Positions 22,781 through 36,729 of a stretch of 64,000 nt of DNA are shown here, one piece after another. Below the pieces are notes generated by a model. That model searched no databases, was not told where the DNA came from, and saw nothing but the letters and a program-made list of their open reading frames with translations. Both the position numbers and the translations under genes were made by a program. The stretch is from the NCBI GenBank assembly GCA_963806535.1, contig CAWDYC010000004.1, positions 192,001-256,000 of the forward strand, written 5' to 3'. How positions within the stretch are numbered: the first letter of the stretch is position 1; every line of letters starts with the position of its first letter. Origin of the DNA: Candidatus Bathyarchaeota archaeon (lineage in GTDB: Archaea > Thermoproteota > Bathyarchaeia > Bathyarchaeales > Bathycorpusculaceae).

Positions 22781-24342
22781 TTATTTCTTATGAAATTTTG
22801 GAATCTCTTTAGAAATTAACAACTCATCGATCCGCAGCATAAGTGAGGAAACCTCATAAGCTCTCCTAATTACTGAACGTTTAACTTTAAGAGGTTCCTG
22901 GCAGACCATTTCGCCGCAACTTTGTTCATTTACGCCATAGTTGATATTCCGTCAGCATGAAGATGTTTCAATTCAATTAGAGTGTCAATTGCGTTTAAGC
23001 CATAGTTTTCCGCTAAACATCTTGGAATTTCCATTAATGCTTCACCAAATGCTTCAATCACAATTTGTTCCCTGCCTGCAAAAGCTTTGGCGTACTGTTT
23101 CAATTCTTCTGCAATATGGGTTTCAGCTGCTCCACCACCCGGCAAAACCCTGCTGTCGTCACCCAAGATTTTCAGGACTGTTAGGCTATTGCGGATTGCA
23201 GTTTCCAGTTCATCAATGGTTTGCGATGTACTTCCTCTAAGCATGAAAGTTGCTCCTGTACACCCTTGGAACGTCACTGTTTTTTCAAGCTCTATTTTGC
23301 CCGTATATAGTTCATCGGCAATGCCTAAGATCTTCTTCAGTAATGTCATTGAGTTTCGCCACAATTTTAGCACCAGTAGCCTTAGCGACAGCCTGCGTAT
23401 CTTTTTTGTCAACTTTTTCGAGAGCAAAAATTCCATTAAAAAGCAATTTATCTTTCAAGCTCTCATCAATTGGTTGCTCACAGAGCAAAACATTTGCTTT
23501 TAGCTTAATCATCTTTTCTAAAGCTTCTGATCTTAGCCTATCTTCAGTTTCTTTGTACTTTCTCATTTGATCTGCAGTTTGAATGTTCAATTTGATTTGT
23601 GGTGGTCCATCATTTTTCATTTTAACATCTAATCGGTTTATGCCTGGTCTTTCGCTGGTAATTGCAATGCGAAGATTTTTCAGTTTATCAGGCATATTCG
23701 GATGGGCTTTTTCTTTTTTGATAACTACACCTTTGATGAGGTTTGATTCTTGGATACTGCCGCCTGGCTTCTTCAAAAACCCAATATTATCTTTGTCAAA
23801 TCTGCCATCGACTGAAGCCAAGGAATATGCTTCCATTATCATTGAGCGCATCTGAGGCGTCAATAGGCCTCGTTTGCAATCTACAGTGTCTAAAACTTCG
23901 GCTGTTTATGCCTGTTTTGAACAATTGCTTGTTTTTCCATTATTTCTAATGCCTTATTTGATGCTAAAAAATAACCGTGAATGACTGTGTTAGCGTGAAT
24001 TTTCATGGAGAAAAGCTCATCTGCTTTCTTTAGCAGAGCTGACAAGAGCACGACAAAAGTTGCTACTCCATCGCCTGCTTCTTGACGCTGCATTTTAGCT
24101 GACTCTGCAATTATTACGGCTGGAGGATATTGAATTGCAAGCTCATCCAAAATAGCAATAGCGTCCTTAGTGACTTTCACAACCTGTTCGGGTCCACGGT
24201 TGTAGCTGACTAGTTTGTATGCTCCCTTCGGACCCAAAGTGCTTCTGATTTTGTCAGCTGCAAAAATGGCTAAGCGCAAGTTTTCGCGCCAAACATCTTT
24301 TCCAGTTGTCCGCTTATAGTTTGGGGAAATTACTTTTTCCAT
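22781..24342 (-). CDS. Divergent group II chaperonin (TCP-1/thermosome-like), frameshifted
   Basis: STLGPKG, GDGVATF, IKGVVIKK, AKATGAKIV, LPGGGAAE, IPRCLAENYG, LMLRIDE; stop at 22781. Confidence 0.85.
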
Positions 24343-24430
24343 TATGTTCACAAGTCTGCGCATACTTGCTTAGCTCTTGGCACTCTTAAAACTAAGTGGT
24401 TGTAGCAACACAGCAACAATTTTTAAAGAA

Positions 24431-25071
24431 CTAGTTAGAAATTCCTCTTCTTGTCAACAACTCAAAAGAAAAAGCCCAATTTCTGCAAAAAGATTCGGAA
24501 ATAATTTGACTTTTTTGTTTTTTCGGATAAAGGCTTGAATTTTCTATTTGGATGTTTCTTTTTTTGCAGTAGTCTTTGAAGTCGTCGATTCCGAGGAAAT
24601 GAAGGTTTGGCGTGTCATACCATTCGTAGGGTAGCGCTTTTGTTACTGGGACTCTTCCTTTGAAGAATATTTGGAAGTCTGGCTGAGGCTTGCACGAAAT
24701 TTGGAAAGCTAACAATTACCTTTTTTCCGACGCGAAGTGCTTCTTTTAGGGCGAAGTCTGGCTTTTTCACTTGCTGAAGTGTCTGGTTTAGTATAACATA
24801 GTCAAAAGAGTTGTCAGCGTATTCTGATAAGTCCTGTATCTATGTCTTGTTGGAAAACGCTTAATCCTTGAGCAACACAGTGTTGGATGGCGGTTTCGCT
24901 AAGTTCTATTCCTTGTGCATGCACTTGCTTTTCATTTATGAGTAGCGATATGAGTTCGCCGTCGCCGCATCCAAGGTCCAACACTGACGATTCTTTGGTG
25001 ATCCAGTTGAGGATGATTTTGTGCTCTGCTTTTAATGTGCCTGCTTCATTGTACATCACCGTTATGTCCAT
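24431..25071 (-). CDS. metW: Methionine biosynthesis protein MetW (frameshifted)
   Basis: VLDLGCGDG, GR.PVTKALPYEWYDTPNLHF; downstream of metX. Confidence 0.9.
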
Positions 25072-26194
25072 TTGAAGCTGAATTTAGGAAGTGTTTGATT
25101 AGGCTGGGTTTCTTGCTCTGTTTCCAGAAGGAACGCGTCATGTCCATAAGTTGAGTTTATTTCGCAGTAAGTAGTGTCAACACCTGCTAGTTTGCAGGCT
25201 TTTACGATTTCTTGAGATTGATAAGCTGGGTATAGCCAGTCAGATTTGAAGGATAAGACGAGCACTTTTGCTTTTAATCCTTTGAAGATGTTGGCAAGTT
25301 TTTGTTTCCGTTGAGGATGTTGAAATAGTCTATGGCTTTTGTTATGTAGAGATATGAGTTGGCGTCGAATCGTTTCACGAAAGTGTCGCCCGATAACGCA
25401 AGTAGCCTTCAACCTCAAACTCCACACCAAACTTGAAGGGCTCCTTGTCTTCACGAACGCGTCTGCCAAACTTTTCAGTCATTGAAACGTCACTCATGTA
25501 TGTTATGTGTCCAATCATTCTTGCCACGGCTAAGCCTTTCGCTGGAACTGCTAAGCCATAGTAGTGCCCATTTTTCCAGTCAGGGTCAGCCATGATTGCT
25601 TGTCGACCAACCTCGTTGAAGGCTATCTGCTGAGGTGTATGCTTCATTGTTGTGGCGATTGGTATGGCCGATCGAATTCGTTCTGGGTAAGAGACCATCC
25701 ACTGAAGAACTTGCATGCCGCCCATTGATCCACCGATAACGGCTAAGCAGCTTTTCTATGCCTAAATGGTCAATTAGGCGAGCTTGAGCCTGTACCATGT
25801 CGCCAATCGTTACTATTGGAAAGTCGGTGCCGTAAGGTTTGCCTGTTTTAGGGTTAGTGGAAGATGGACCTGTTGAGCCCTTGCAACCTCCTATTACGTT
25901 GGAGCATATCACAAAGTACTTGTTTGTGTCTAAACCTTTGCCAGGACCAATCAAGCTTCCCCACCAGCCATCCGCTCCAGCAGCATGGGCATCTCCACTT
26001 AGTGCATGGAGAACAAGAATGACATTTGATTTTTGATCGTTTAGCTTGCCGTAAGTTTCGTATGCGAGCGTTATTGGACCAAGTTTTTCGCCTGATTCAA
26101 GTCCCAGTTCCTCTGGTGGGTTAGCGAATGTAAAGTGCTTTGTTTCAGAGACTTGAACGTTTTGATTAGTTATTGCTAATTTTGTTTCCTCCAA
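25062..26194 (-). CDS. metX: Homoserine O-acetyltransferase (frameshifted)
   Basis: [42 protein letters not shown]. Confidence 0.95.
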
Positions 26195-26205
26195 AAAATG
26201 AAGAT

Positions 26206-27585
<1,380 letters not shown>

Positions 27586-27612
27586 TTACACAACACATTC
27601 AATTACTAAACC

Positions 27613-28167
27613 ATGTTCCCAACATTAGACGACATTGCCAAACGCAGACGCCAACTAGGACTAAAACAATCAGAACTAGCCAAAATGGCAGGCGTCAGCC
27701 AATCGCTCATCGCCAAACTAGAAGCAGGAACCATCGACTCCTCATACACAAAAGTAAAAACAATCTTCGATGTCTTAGAACGCCTCGAATTCAAAACAAA
27801 AGCTCAAGCCGACAAAGTACTCCACAAAAACGTAGTAACAGTGCAGAAAAACGAGCCAATCTCAAAAGTCGTAAAGATAATGCAGGAATATGGCTATTCA
27901 CAGATTCCAGTTTTTGACGGAAAACATTCAGTCGGCAGCGTATCAGAAAAAGCAATTCTTCGTCAAATAATGGCTGGCAAAGATTTAGCAGAGATATCTA
28001 CATTGCCAACTGAAGAAATAATGGAAGAAGCTTTTCCCCAAATAAACGAAGATGCTCCATTGGCGTTGATATCCAGCCTGCTGCAGACTTATTCTGGTGT
28101 TTTAGTAGTCAAAAAAGGCGTAGTAATTGGGATCATTACTAAGGCAGATTTGCTGAGAATGATTTAA
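27613..28167 (+). CDS. XRE HTH + CBS-pair transcriptional regulator
   Basis: LKQSELAKMAGVSQSLIAKLE followed by YSQIPV...GIITKADLL CBS pair. Confidence 0.9.
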   Translation: MFPTLDDIAKRRRQLGLKQSELAKMAGVSQSLIAKLEAGTIDSSYTKVKTIFDVLERLEFKTKAQADKVLHKNVVTVQKNEPISKVVKIMQEYGYSQIPVFDGKHSVGSVSEKAILRQIMAGKDLAEISTLPTEEIMEEAFPQINEDAPLALISSLLQTYSGVLVVKKGVVIGIITKADLLRMI

Positions 28168-28234
28168 TATTTTCAATTCGAAGCTTCAACATCCAATTTA
28201 TTAGGTATAATGCTGTTATATTCTGCGAATTAAA

Positions 28235-28582
28235 ATGAGTGCTCGATGTGAAAGTATAGGAAAATTCGTGCTTCCTATCTACCGGTCTTTCGTTGCTAGA
28301 GAACTTATCAGCACTTATCATTTAACCCAGGTTGAAGCAGCAAAGAAACTTAAAACCACTCAGGCTGCAGTAAGCCAATATATGAATTCGAAACGTGCCA
28401 TCAAGGGCATAGAGCAATTCAATGAGGTATTGCCTAGAATCCTGGATGAAGCCAAAAAAACCGCTAAACAGCTTGCAAACCAACAAACAACCTGGGATGA
28501 AGTGACACTTGATTTCTGCAAGCTCTGCTCCACATTTTATGTGACCGAAGAGGACAAAACTGGCGACAACTATACAATATAA
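28235..28582 (+). CDS. Archaeal HTH transcriptional regulator with N-terminal CE and C-terminal CxxC
   Basis: RCE..GKFVLP, LTQVEAAKKLKTTQAAVSQY, FCKLC. Confidence 0.8.
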   Translation: MSARCESIGKFVLPIYRSFVARELISTYHLTQVEAAKKLKTTQAAVSQYMNSKRAIKGIEQFNEVLPRILDEAKKTAKQLANQQTTWDEVTLDFCKLCSTFYVTEEDKTGDNYTI

Positions 28583-29102
28583 AATTCTGCTTGATGATTG
28601 CTCGGTATTTTATTTTTCGGTTGACCCCCCCGGTACATGGAACTATGTTGACATATGTTGAAAGCTTGTGAGTTGTACATATGAAAAATCAATTATCGAT
28701 TGATTTTAGTTGATAGGCGTATAGCATATCGGCAGAGCGGCAAAAATGAAGAGTCTAAAGAAATGGCAGCTAAACTCCGGATCATGAAACCATTTGACCT
28801 ATTTTGAAAAACATTGATACAAAAACTAACAAACGGTATCACTCATTAAAGAGAAAGCAGAGATTAAACGAAAAAAACATAAAATCCTATCGAGCCGACA
28901 TTGGCTAATCGTCAATTATTTCAACCATCTGCTGGCCACAACACCAAAGCACATTTTCCACGGTACGTTTAACATCGCCCGCACAGCTAATCTCATAGTC
29001 CAGTCGCCTTTTGATACCGTAAACTATGCATTCAAACACTGGCTTAAGTGTGATTTTCGCTTTTTCCATCTTATTGTCTCGGAACGTAGGAGGTGAATGT
29101 TT

Positions 29103-29255
29103 TTGTCTAAGAACGCGCGCCCCAATTTGGAGCCAAAAATGACTTCTGACGGCAAATTCATCTGCAATGCTGACAACAAAACCTTTGACGATAGAGCAGA
29201 TTGCGATAAGCATTGCTCAGAGGCTCACTTAAAAAACACCAGCAAAAACTGGTAA
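29103..29255 (+). CDS. Small C2H2-zinc-finger-like protein (not in ORF track)
   Basis: GGAGGTGA RBS at 29089-29096; MSKNARPNLEPKMTSDGKFICNADNKTFDDRADCDKHCSEAHLKNTSKNW*. Confidence 0.6.
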   Translation: MSKNARPNLEPKMTSDGKFICNADNKTFDDRADCDKHCSEAHLKNTSKNW

Positions 29256-29410
29256 CTTAAAAATAAAACAGAAACTAAAGATTTCATCTCTATTTTTTTA
29301 CCCTTCGATTTGAACGAAAAAACGCAAAAAACAGCTGAGAATAATGAAAAATTGCGTCTTCACAAAAGATATGCATACAACGGTTGATGATAGGATGTTT
29401 AATTGAATGA

Positions 29411-29427
29411 AAAGAAATGTTTATATC
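29411..29427 (+). promoter_or_regulatory. Putative BRE/TATA promoter of the 16S rRNA transcript
   Basis: AAAGAAATGTTTATATC about 300 nt upstream of the 16S start. Confidence 0.35.
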
Positions 29428-29596
29428 AGTTGATCTAGCTTCTGTTAGAATTCAGCTATAATTGCTAGCCCCGCAATTTTCACATGGCGGCGGCTCAACC
29501 CGTACCGAAACGGCGTTTGCCTTGCAGGGATGATGGGGTTGGCCTCCAATTGCGGGGACACGAATGTGGACCTGACTAATTGCTCAGTTAGGTCTG

Positions 29597-29613
29597 AATT
29601 GGGCTTTGACGTA
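29597..29613 (+). repeat. 5' arm of the 16S processing stem
   Basis: AATTGGGCTTTGACGTA is the exact reverse complement of 31289-31305. Confidence 0.85.
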
Positions 29614-29731
29614 TTGAGTGGAATGTTTTTCCCTCCAAATCCAGTTAGGCACAAATCATGCGAATAGTGCAGAACGTACCACACAAAAAACAAGATAGAA
29701 AGATCCGCAGAAATCAATATGGAGTGTCACA

Positions 29732-31226
<1,495 letters not shown>

Positions 31227-31288
31227 AAGTAAAAAGCATGAAGAGTGCTTAACTGGAGGAGCAAGGAGAACATACGAACCCACAGAGG

Positions 31289-31305
31289 TACGTCAAAGCC
31301 CAATT
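31289..31305 (+). repeat. 3' arm of the 16S processing stem
   Basis: TACGTCAAAGCCCAATT pairs with 29597-29613. Confidence 0.85.
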
Positions 31306-31370
31306 AAGCATTAGCAATATAGCCCAAGGGTTAATCTTTTCTTCTTTCTATTTAAAATAACACAAATTGA

Positions 31371-31869
31371 TTATTCTGTTAGTGTTTTGGTGTAGTCCCA
31401 GATTTTGTCGCTTACATAATGCTGTGTTTTGACTATGGGTCCTTTTTTGGTTTGCCTTGCTGTTGCTGAGTCCATGAGGCTTTCGCCCAACGCCAACGCT
31501 TTGCCAAACTTCATATCCACTACCAAAACAAGTTCGCCTTTGCCAAATTCTCCTTCAATGCGTACTATGCCTGGAGCCATAACAGTTGCGCCCTTGCAAA
31601 CATAGGGGACAGCGCCCATGTCAACCACTATTTTTGGCGCTTTAGACGTGAACTCTGTGAAGTGCAGGGTGGGCAGAATTTTGTCGCCGACTTTGTAGAG
31701 AAGCGGTTTTCCACCGATGAGGTAAACTTCGCCTACATCTGATTCTACAACTTCCACGGTTGCTTTACCGAAAAGCGTTTCCATGTCAAGTTTTAGCATT
31801 TTTGAGGCTTCTTCTAAAATTTGTTTTGCTTCTTTTGTTTTTAAGGGATATCGCTTGTTTTGTTGGCAT
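31371..31869 (-). CDS. PUA-domain RNA-binding protein (DUF1947/MCT-1-like)
   Basis: VVDMGAVPYVCKGATVMAPGI...HYVSDKIW. Confidence 0.9.
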
Positions 31870-31904
31870 ATTCTATCTCACCTCTATGTTTATAGACGTG
31901 AAAT

Positions 31905-32515
31905 TTAACTTTGCTCTCCATTTAGCTGTTTGTTGAATTGCTCTCTTTTGAAGACTTTATCTAAAAGCTTGCCTACATCTACCTTAAACATTATAACCGT
32001 GATGACAACTGTCAAGGCTATGGAGATAGCAATCATTTCCAAAGGACTCAGCAATCTTGAAAAATTAGCTTCAACCCAAGCCGCCCAGAAACGCTCCTGC
32101 AATTGTAATCGTAATTTTACCTAGAAAATATGATGAGAAAAACTTTGCTGGACTATATTTCATCAGGCCCAAGAGGTATAACGACGGGTTCATCAGGAAT
32201 AGGCGTGGCAGCAGCTAAATAAAGCAGCAGAAAAGCCCAACGTCTAATCTTTCCTGCTTCAACATCAAGTCGTGCATGGTTTTTTTCGCTGAGGTGTCCA
32301 CTTACAAAGAAAGTTATCATGTAGTGGATGCCTTTGGCTAAGGCTGCGGCAAGGGCGATAAGAAAAGCTATTGTGAGTAGTGCGGTTGCGTCTGCGTTTA
32401 CCATGCCGATGGCTGCGGTGGATGCGATTAGGAGGTTTGAGGGACCAAAGAAGGGTATCAGGTTTAATCCAAAAGCAACCAGAAAAGTAATAATGAATTC
32501 GATGGTAAATAGCAT
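31905..32515 (-). CDS. Membrane protein, DedA/VTT-like, frameshifted
   Basis: NLIPFFGPS and AATPIPDEPVVIPLG motifs, multiple TM segments. Confidence 0.65.
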
Positions 32516-32825
32516 GTACCCTTACCCGTTTTCTCCAGAAAATAATCGATAACCCCACTTATAAGTACAAACAGCCCAAAACCCACGAGTTTCTGACCTG
32601 AGCGCTGTAGCCTATTTAGGTCATGTAGTGAACAATGAGGCAGGCTGTAAGAAATAAAAAAGCGACCGAACCGTTCCTAACATAACTGCCCAAAACTAAT
32701 TTATGGGCAAACCGCTTGCAGCAAGAGAGTTAACTTAACCTAACCAAGGCTAATAGATTCCCAGATAGGTTTAAATGTGGAGAGTTCGGAGTATAGAAGA
32801 GATAAAGATACATGAGGATTCCAAT

Positions 32826-33053
32826 ATGAGCGAAATGACAACCGAAATCCTTGAACAAAACCTCAGCAAAGTCGTACTTGTACGGCTTAAAGGAGGAAAA
32901 AGCCTTCGGGGAAGACTGAAGGGTTTCGACCAACACTTAAACTTGGTTTTAGAAGAAACAGAAGACACAACAATGGTTGAAAACCAAAAGAAACTGGGAC
33001 TAATCATCGTTCGAGGAGACAACGTAGTCCTTATATCGCCTCCGCCTAGGTGA
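32826..33053 (+). CDS. Sm-like archaeal protein (SmAP1/Lsm)
   Basis: GRLKGFDQHLNLVL and IVRGDNVV Sm1/Sm2 motifs; directly upstream of rpl37e. Confidence 0.95.
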   Translation: MSEMTTEILEQNLSKVVLVRLKGGKSLRGRLKGFDQHLNLVLEETEDTTMVENQKKLGLIIVRGDNVVLISPPPR

Positions 33054-33058
33054 GTGCC

Positions 33059-33247
33059 ATGGGAAAAGGTACTCCATCAATGGGCAAGCGCCAAGGCAAA
33101 ACTGTCCATATTAAATGCAGGCGCTGCGGAAGACGAGCATACCATGTACGCCACAAGCGTTGTGGAGCATGCGGTTATGGCGAAACCACAACCATGCGAC
33201 ATTATACTTGGATGCGTAAGACTCTTCAAAGAGTACGCGTCGTCTAA
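33059..33247 (+). CDS. rpl37e: 50S ribosomal protein L37e
   Basis: MGKGTPSMGKR...HIKCRRCGRRAYH....CGACGY. Confidence 0.97.
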   Translation: MGKGTPSMGKRQGKTVHIKCRRCGRRAYHVRHKRCGACGYGETTTMRHYTWMRKTLQRVRVV

Positions 33248-33376
33248 AAACCATTTTTAACAAACACAATATCTAAACAATAATTTTCATCTTTTAACAT
33301 AGAAACTAGTAATCTTGAACCTATTTTTTAAGCTATAATAATTAATTATTTAAAAGAAAAAGAAGAATTGATTTTT

Positions 33377-34004
33377 CTATTGGCTTGGCGTATTGTAATA
33401 GCCCTTGTCAATCTTTACAAAGATTAACGGACCTTTACTTTGAGCCATCTCACGAGCCTTCCGCAACGCCTCATTGACCACAATGAAAACTCTTTCTCTG
33501 TCGCTAAGGTCTTGAACGCGTTTTTCTCCAAGCTCCATCTTTAAGAGATTTTCAGACAGAATTTCTGTGCCGCAAATTTCGCCGTTCTTAACCAGCGTCG
33601 TAATTACGATTTCCTGAAGCTCTTGTTTATGCTCTAATTCGCTTCCATATTGGTTCAGCGTTGCTGATGGTTTTTGAAATTTTATTCCATCTGCTAGCGT
33701 TTTGGTCACCTATAAGCAGCTTAACTCGTTCTTTCCATTTCTTAAACCAGATGCCAATCCAAATGGTCAAAAATGCTTCTAATTCCAATGAATCTTCTTT
33801 GAAAAGATTTTCAAGTTTTTCAACAAGTTCGCATTGGTTTGCTTCTTTTCCCATTAAATTCCAGTGGAATTTAAGGTAATTAGTGAAATCTTGACAGGCA
33901 ACCTGCAAAACTTTGCGGTCTGACCCCATAATATCAAGGGCAGGATCCGCTTCTTTCAATTTCTCCCCTATCATTAATTCTACAAAGTTCATACTGATTC
34001 CCAC
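33377..34004 (-). CDS. Conserved-looking hypothetical protein (frameshifted)
   Basis: Overlapping ORFs 33627..34004 and 33377..33709 appear to form one helical protein. Confidence 0.55.
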
Positions 34005-34127
34005 TCCGAAGCCTTCTCCAATATTGATTAAAGATCAAGCTTTTAATTAAACTTTGTTTCTAAGGAAACATATAACTCCCTAAGAAGTTTCCAGCAATAT
34101 TTCGAATCCTGATACATACAAAAAAGC

Positions 34128-34784
34128 TTATTTGATGTATTCTGGAAGTTCAGTAACATCTTTCAAAATTAAATCTGGGCATTCTTTCACAAGTTCTTTG
34201 CATTTATACAAGCCCAGACAAAACCGCAACGGTTGCTGCTCCAGCAGCTTTTCCAGCCCGCACATCATTAACGGAGTCACCTGCAATGATGCAACTGCAC
34301 ATCTCAACATCTAAAGCTTCAACACATTTTATTAACGCTTCAGGAGAAGGCTTTGGCTTAGAAGTATCCATCGCTGTTACAACATGAGTGAAATATTTTG
34401 ATATGCCAAAGCACTCTAGCTCTTTTATGATGGCTTCTGATGGAGCATGCCGCATGGTTATCAGGGCAAGTTTAGCTTTCTGCGATAGCGTTTCAAGTGT
34501 TTTTGAGACGTTAGGTATAAGTTTGGTTTTTTCTTGGCTGATTGAATAAAATGTTTGATAGTATATTTTTAGAAATTTTTTGGAGTCGCCGTTAATGATG
34601 TCGTTATTGTTAGTCCTTGCTCAAGTCTTTTGGGAATTTCCAAGGCAACTTTATTTTCTGGGGGTTTTTGCCCGACGGTTTGAAATGCTATTTTGGCGGC
34701 TTCTATGTAGGCTGCTTTGGAGTCAACTATTGTGCCGTCTAAATCCAAGAAAATGCCTTTTACTTTTAATCCGTTTACGTTCAT
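34128..34784 (-). CDS. HAD-superfamily hydrolase (phosphoglycolate-phosphatase-like), frameshifted
   Basis: DLDGTIVDS, KPKPSPE, GDSVNDVRAG motifs. Confidence 0.9.
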
Positions 34785-34949
34785 GAGATGTCTCTTGCCC
34801 TTGAGAGGTTATGTCTTGTTTCTTAAATGTTTCTTAAAGATTTGACGAATTAGCTTTAATGTAAATTTTCTATATAGATTATGAAGAGAATCTCTATAGG
34901 CGCCCATGGACAATTTCTATTTTGAATATGTGGAAGAGGTGAAAAAAGA

Positions 34950-35123
34950 ATGCTCTCACGAGATTGTGACGGCTGCTCCAAACTTAAAGAATGCAGTAAA
35001 CGCTACCAAAAAGCTATGAAAGGCGACAAAGTTTACTGCCCTGACGGAACTGCTCATCTGATTGACAGTTACAGCATAAATCCAAGCCCTGAAGTAATAT
35101 GTTTCTTTGAAGCGTTTCAATAA
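34950..35123 (+). CDS. Small Cys-rich protein, 57 aa (not in ORF track)
   Basis: GAGGTGA RBS; MLSRDCDGCSKLKECSKRYQKAMKGDKVYCPDGTAHLIDSYSINPSPEVICFFEAFQ*. Confidence 0.6.
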   Translation: MLSRDCDGCSKLKECSKRYQKAMKGDKVYCPDGTAHLIDSYSINPSPEVICFFEAFQ

Positions 35124-35256
35124 TTTAAAATGCTTAACTGAACTTCTTAGACATGGAAACTGCCAATAAAATAAATCGCATTTTTTCTATTTTAACCTCA
35201 TAAAACAGAGTTAATTATTTTATCGAAGATTCAGGTCTCCGAGGATAAAGAAAAAA

Positions 35257-36342
35257 CTAAGTGAGAACTGAATCAACGTTTAAGTTAAGCACAACTTCGG
35301 AAATGTCACTTGCGTATTCAGCTGTTCGCCTTACACTTTCAATCACTAGCCTCAAGTTAACAACCTCTTCTATTTTGACATTTTGCAAGCAAATGACTGT
35401 TTCTTTCTCCAATTTATGAACTTGGCTAAGCTTTTCAATGACGCTTTCTGCCAAATTAAAATCATGTCTAAATAATGCATCCATTGAGCTCTCAAACATT
35501 GAATTAGCCAATCCACTTAACTGTTCTAATTTCTGCAAAACGTCTTCACTTACTTGCTCTTTTAGTAGCAGAGTGTTTTCAGCGATTTTGGTTGCATGGT
35601 CTGCAGTTCTTTCAACCGCTTTCCCAATAAGCCTATATCCTAAACAGTCTTTTTGGCTGTTTAATCCGATTTCTTTTACAATTCTTGGATTTGAAACTGC
35701 CAACTTCAAGAGCCGTACAATGTACAGACCAAATCGGTTAACTTCACGGTCTGTTTCAATGACTGATTTTGCAGTGGAATAATCCAGTTTCTTTAGCGCA
35801 GTTATGGCTTCTTTATGCATGGATGAAGCGATTATAGACATTCGGCTTAGAGCATTTTGAACTGTGAGTTCAGGATAATTAAGTAAAACCTGCAGGGTCA
35901 AATCGGTGGGGGTGTCAATTACAATTTCTGTTCCAACTAAATAGTGCCTGGCGAAGTTTTTGAGGTGATTTCGAAGTTTTGAAGAGAGCACTTTTTGTCC
36001 TTGTGCTCTAATATGCAAAATGTTGTATCCGTCTAAATAGGCGGAGATTGCAGTTCTCATGACGGCGTCCGGGTTGTCATTTATTGATGCTTTGATGTAG
36101 GCTTCGTCTTGTTTTTCTTTTTTTGGAAAACTTGAAGGTGCTATTGAGAGTGAGCCATCGTCTTCTTCGCGGACTAGCATTGAGCTTCCTCTTTTGAGCT
36201 CGTTTCGGATTGCCCAATCTTTAGGCAGTGATAGTATGAATGTTGATCCGCCTGTTACCTGAAGTTTGCGTTGTTCCTCGTTTACTTTTTCGGCTTCCTT
36301 GGTCACATTTGTCTCCAAGTTAGTTTTTCTATGTGTTCTCAT
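35257..36342 (-). CDS. AbrB-PhoU phosphate uptake regulator
   Basis: RKLQVTGGSTFILSLPKDW AbrB domain followed by two PhoU repeats (ERTADHA, RRTAEYA). Confidence 0.92.
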   Translation of the reverse strand: MRTHRKTNLETNVTKEAEKVNEEQRKLQVTGGSTFILSLPKDWAIRNELKRGSSMLVREEDDGSLSIAPSSFPKKEKQDEAYIKASINDNPDAVMRTAISAYLDGYNILHIRAQGQKVLSSKLRNHLKNFARHYLVGTEIVIDTPTDLTLQVLLNYPELTVQNALSRMSIIASSMHKEAITALKKLDYSTAKSVIETDREVNRFGLYIVRLLKLAVSNPRIVKEIGLNSQKDCLGYRLIGKAVERTADHATKIAENTLLLKEQVSEDVLQKLEQLSGLANSMFESSMDALFRHDFNLAESVIEKLSQVHKLEKETVICLQNVKIEEVVNLRLVIESVRRTAEYASDISEVVLNLNVDSVLT

Positions 36343-36729
36343 TATATTAGTTATATCTATATAGACTATAAATTTTATTGAGATTTTCTATATAAAAAAC
36401 ATGGGAAAATGATAAAAACTCAAAACTAAGTGAAAATATGAAAACTAAATATTTGAAGAGGCACATTTGTTCTTTTTAAAATTCCTGATGTCCTTATCAA
36501 CAAATTAACTATGCATTTTTCCCTTATTCCTAAATTTTTTGCTTTAGTATTTGTTCCTTTTGGGCACTTTAATGCTTGAAAATATATTTTTTCGTCGCCT
36601 CTAATCTTTTGCGCACCACGCAATGTGAGACTATACATGTATTTTCCATTTTATATATAGTATATAGTGTTTATAGAGAGTACCCTCATATAACAAAACA
36701 CTAAATAGCCTTTGTTGGAAGGAAAAAAA

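Noticed and set aside
28905-29213. 102-aa minus-strand ORF
   Set aside because: No recognisable motifs; overlaps a better-supported small plus-strand ORF with a strong RBS
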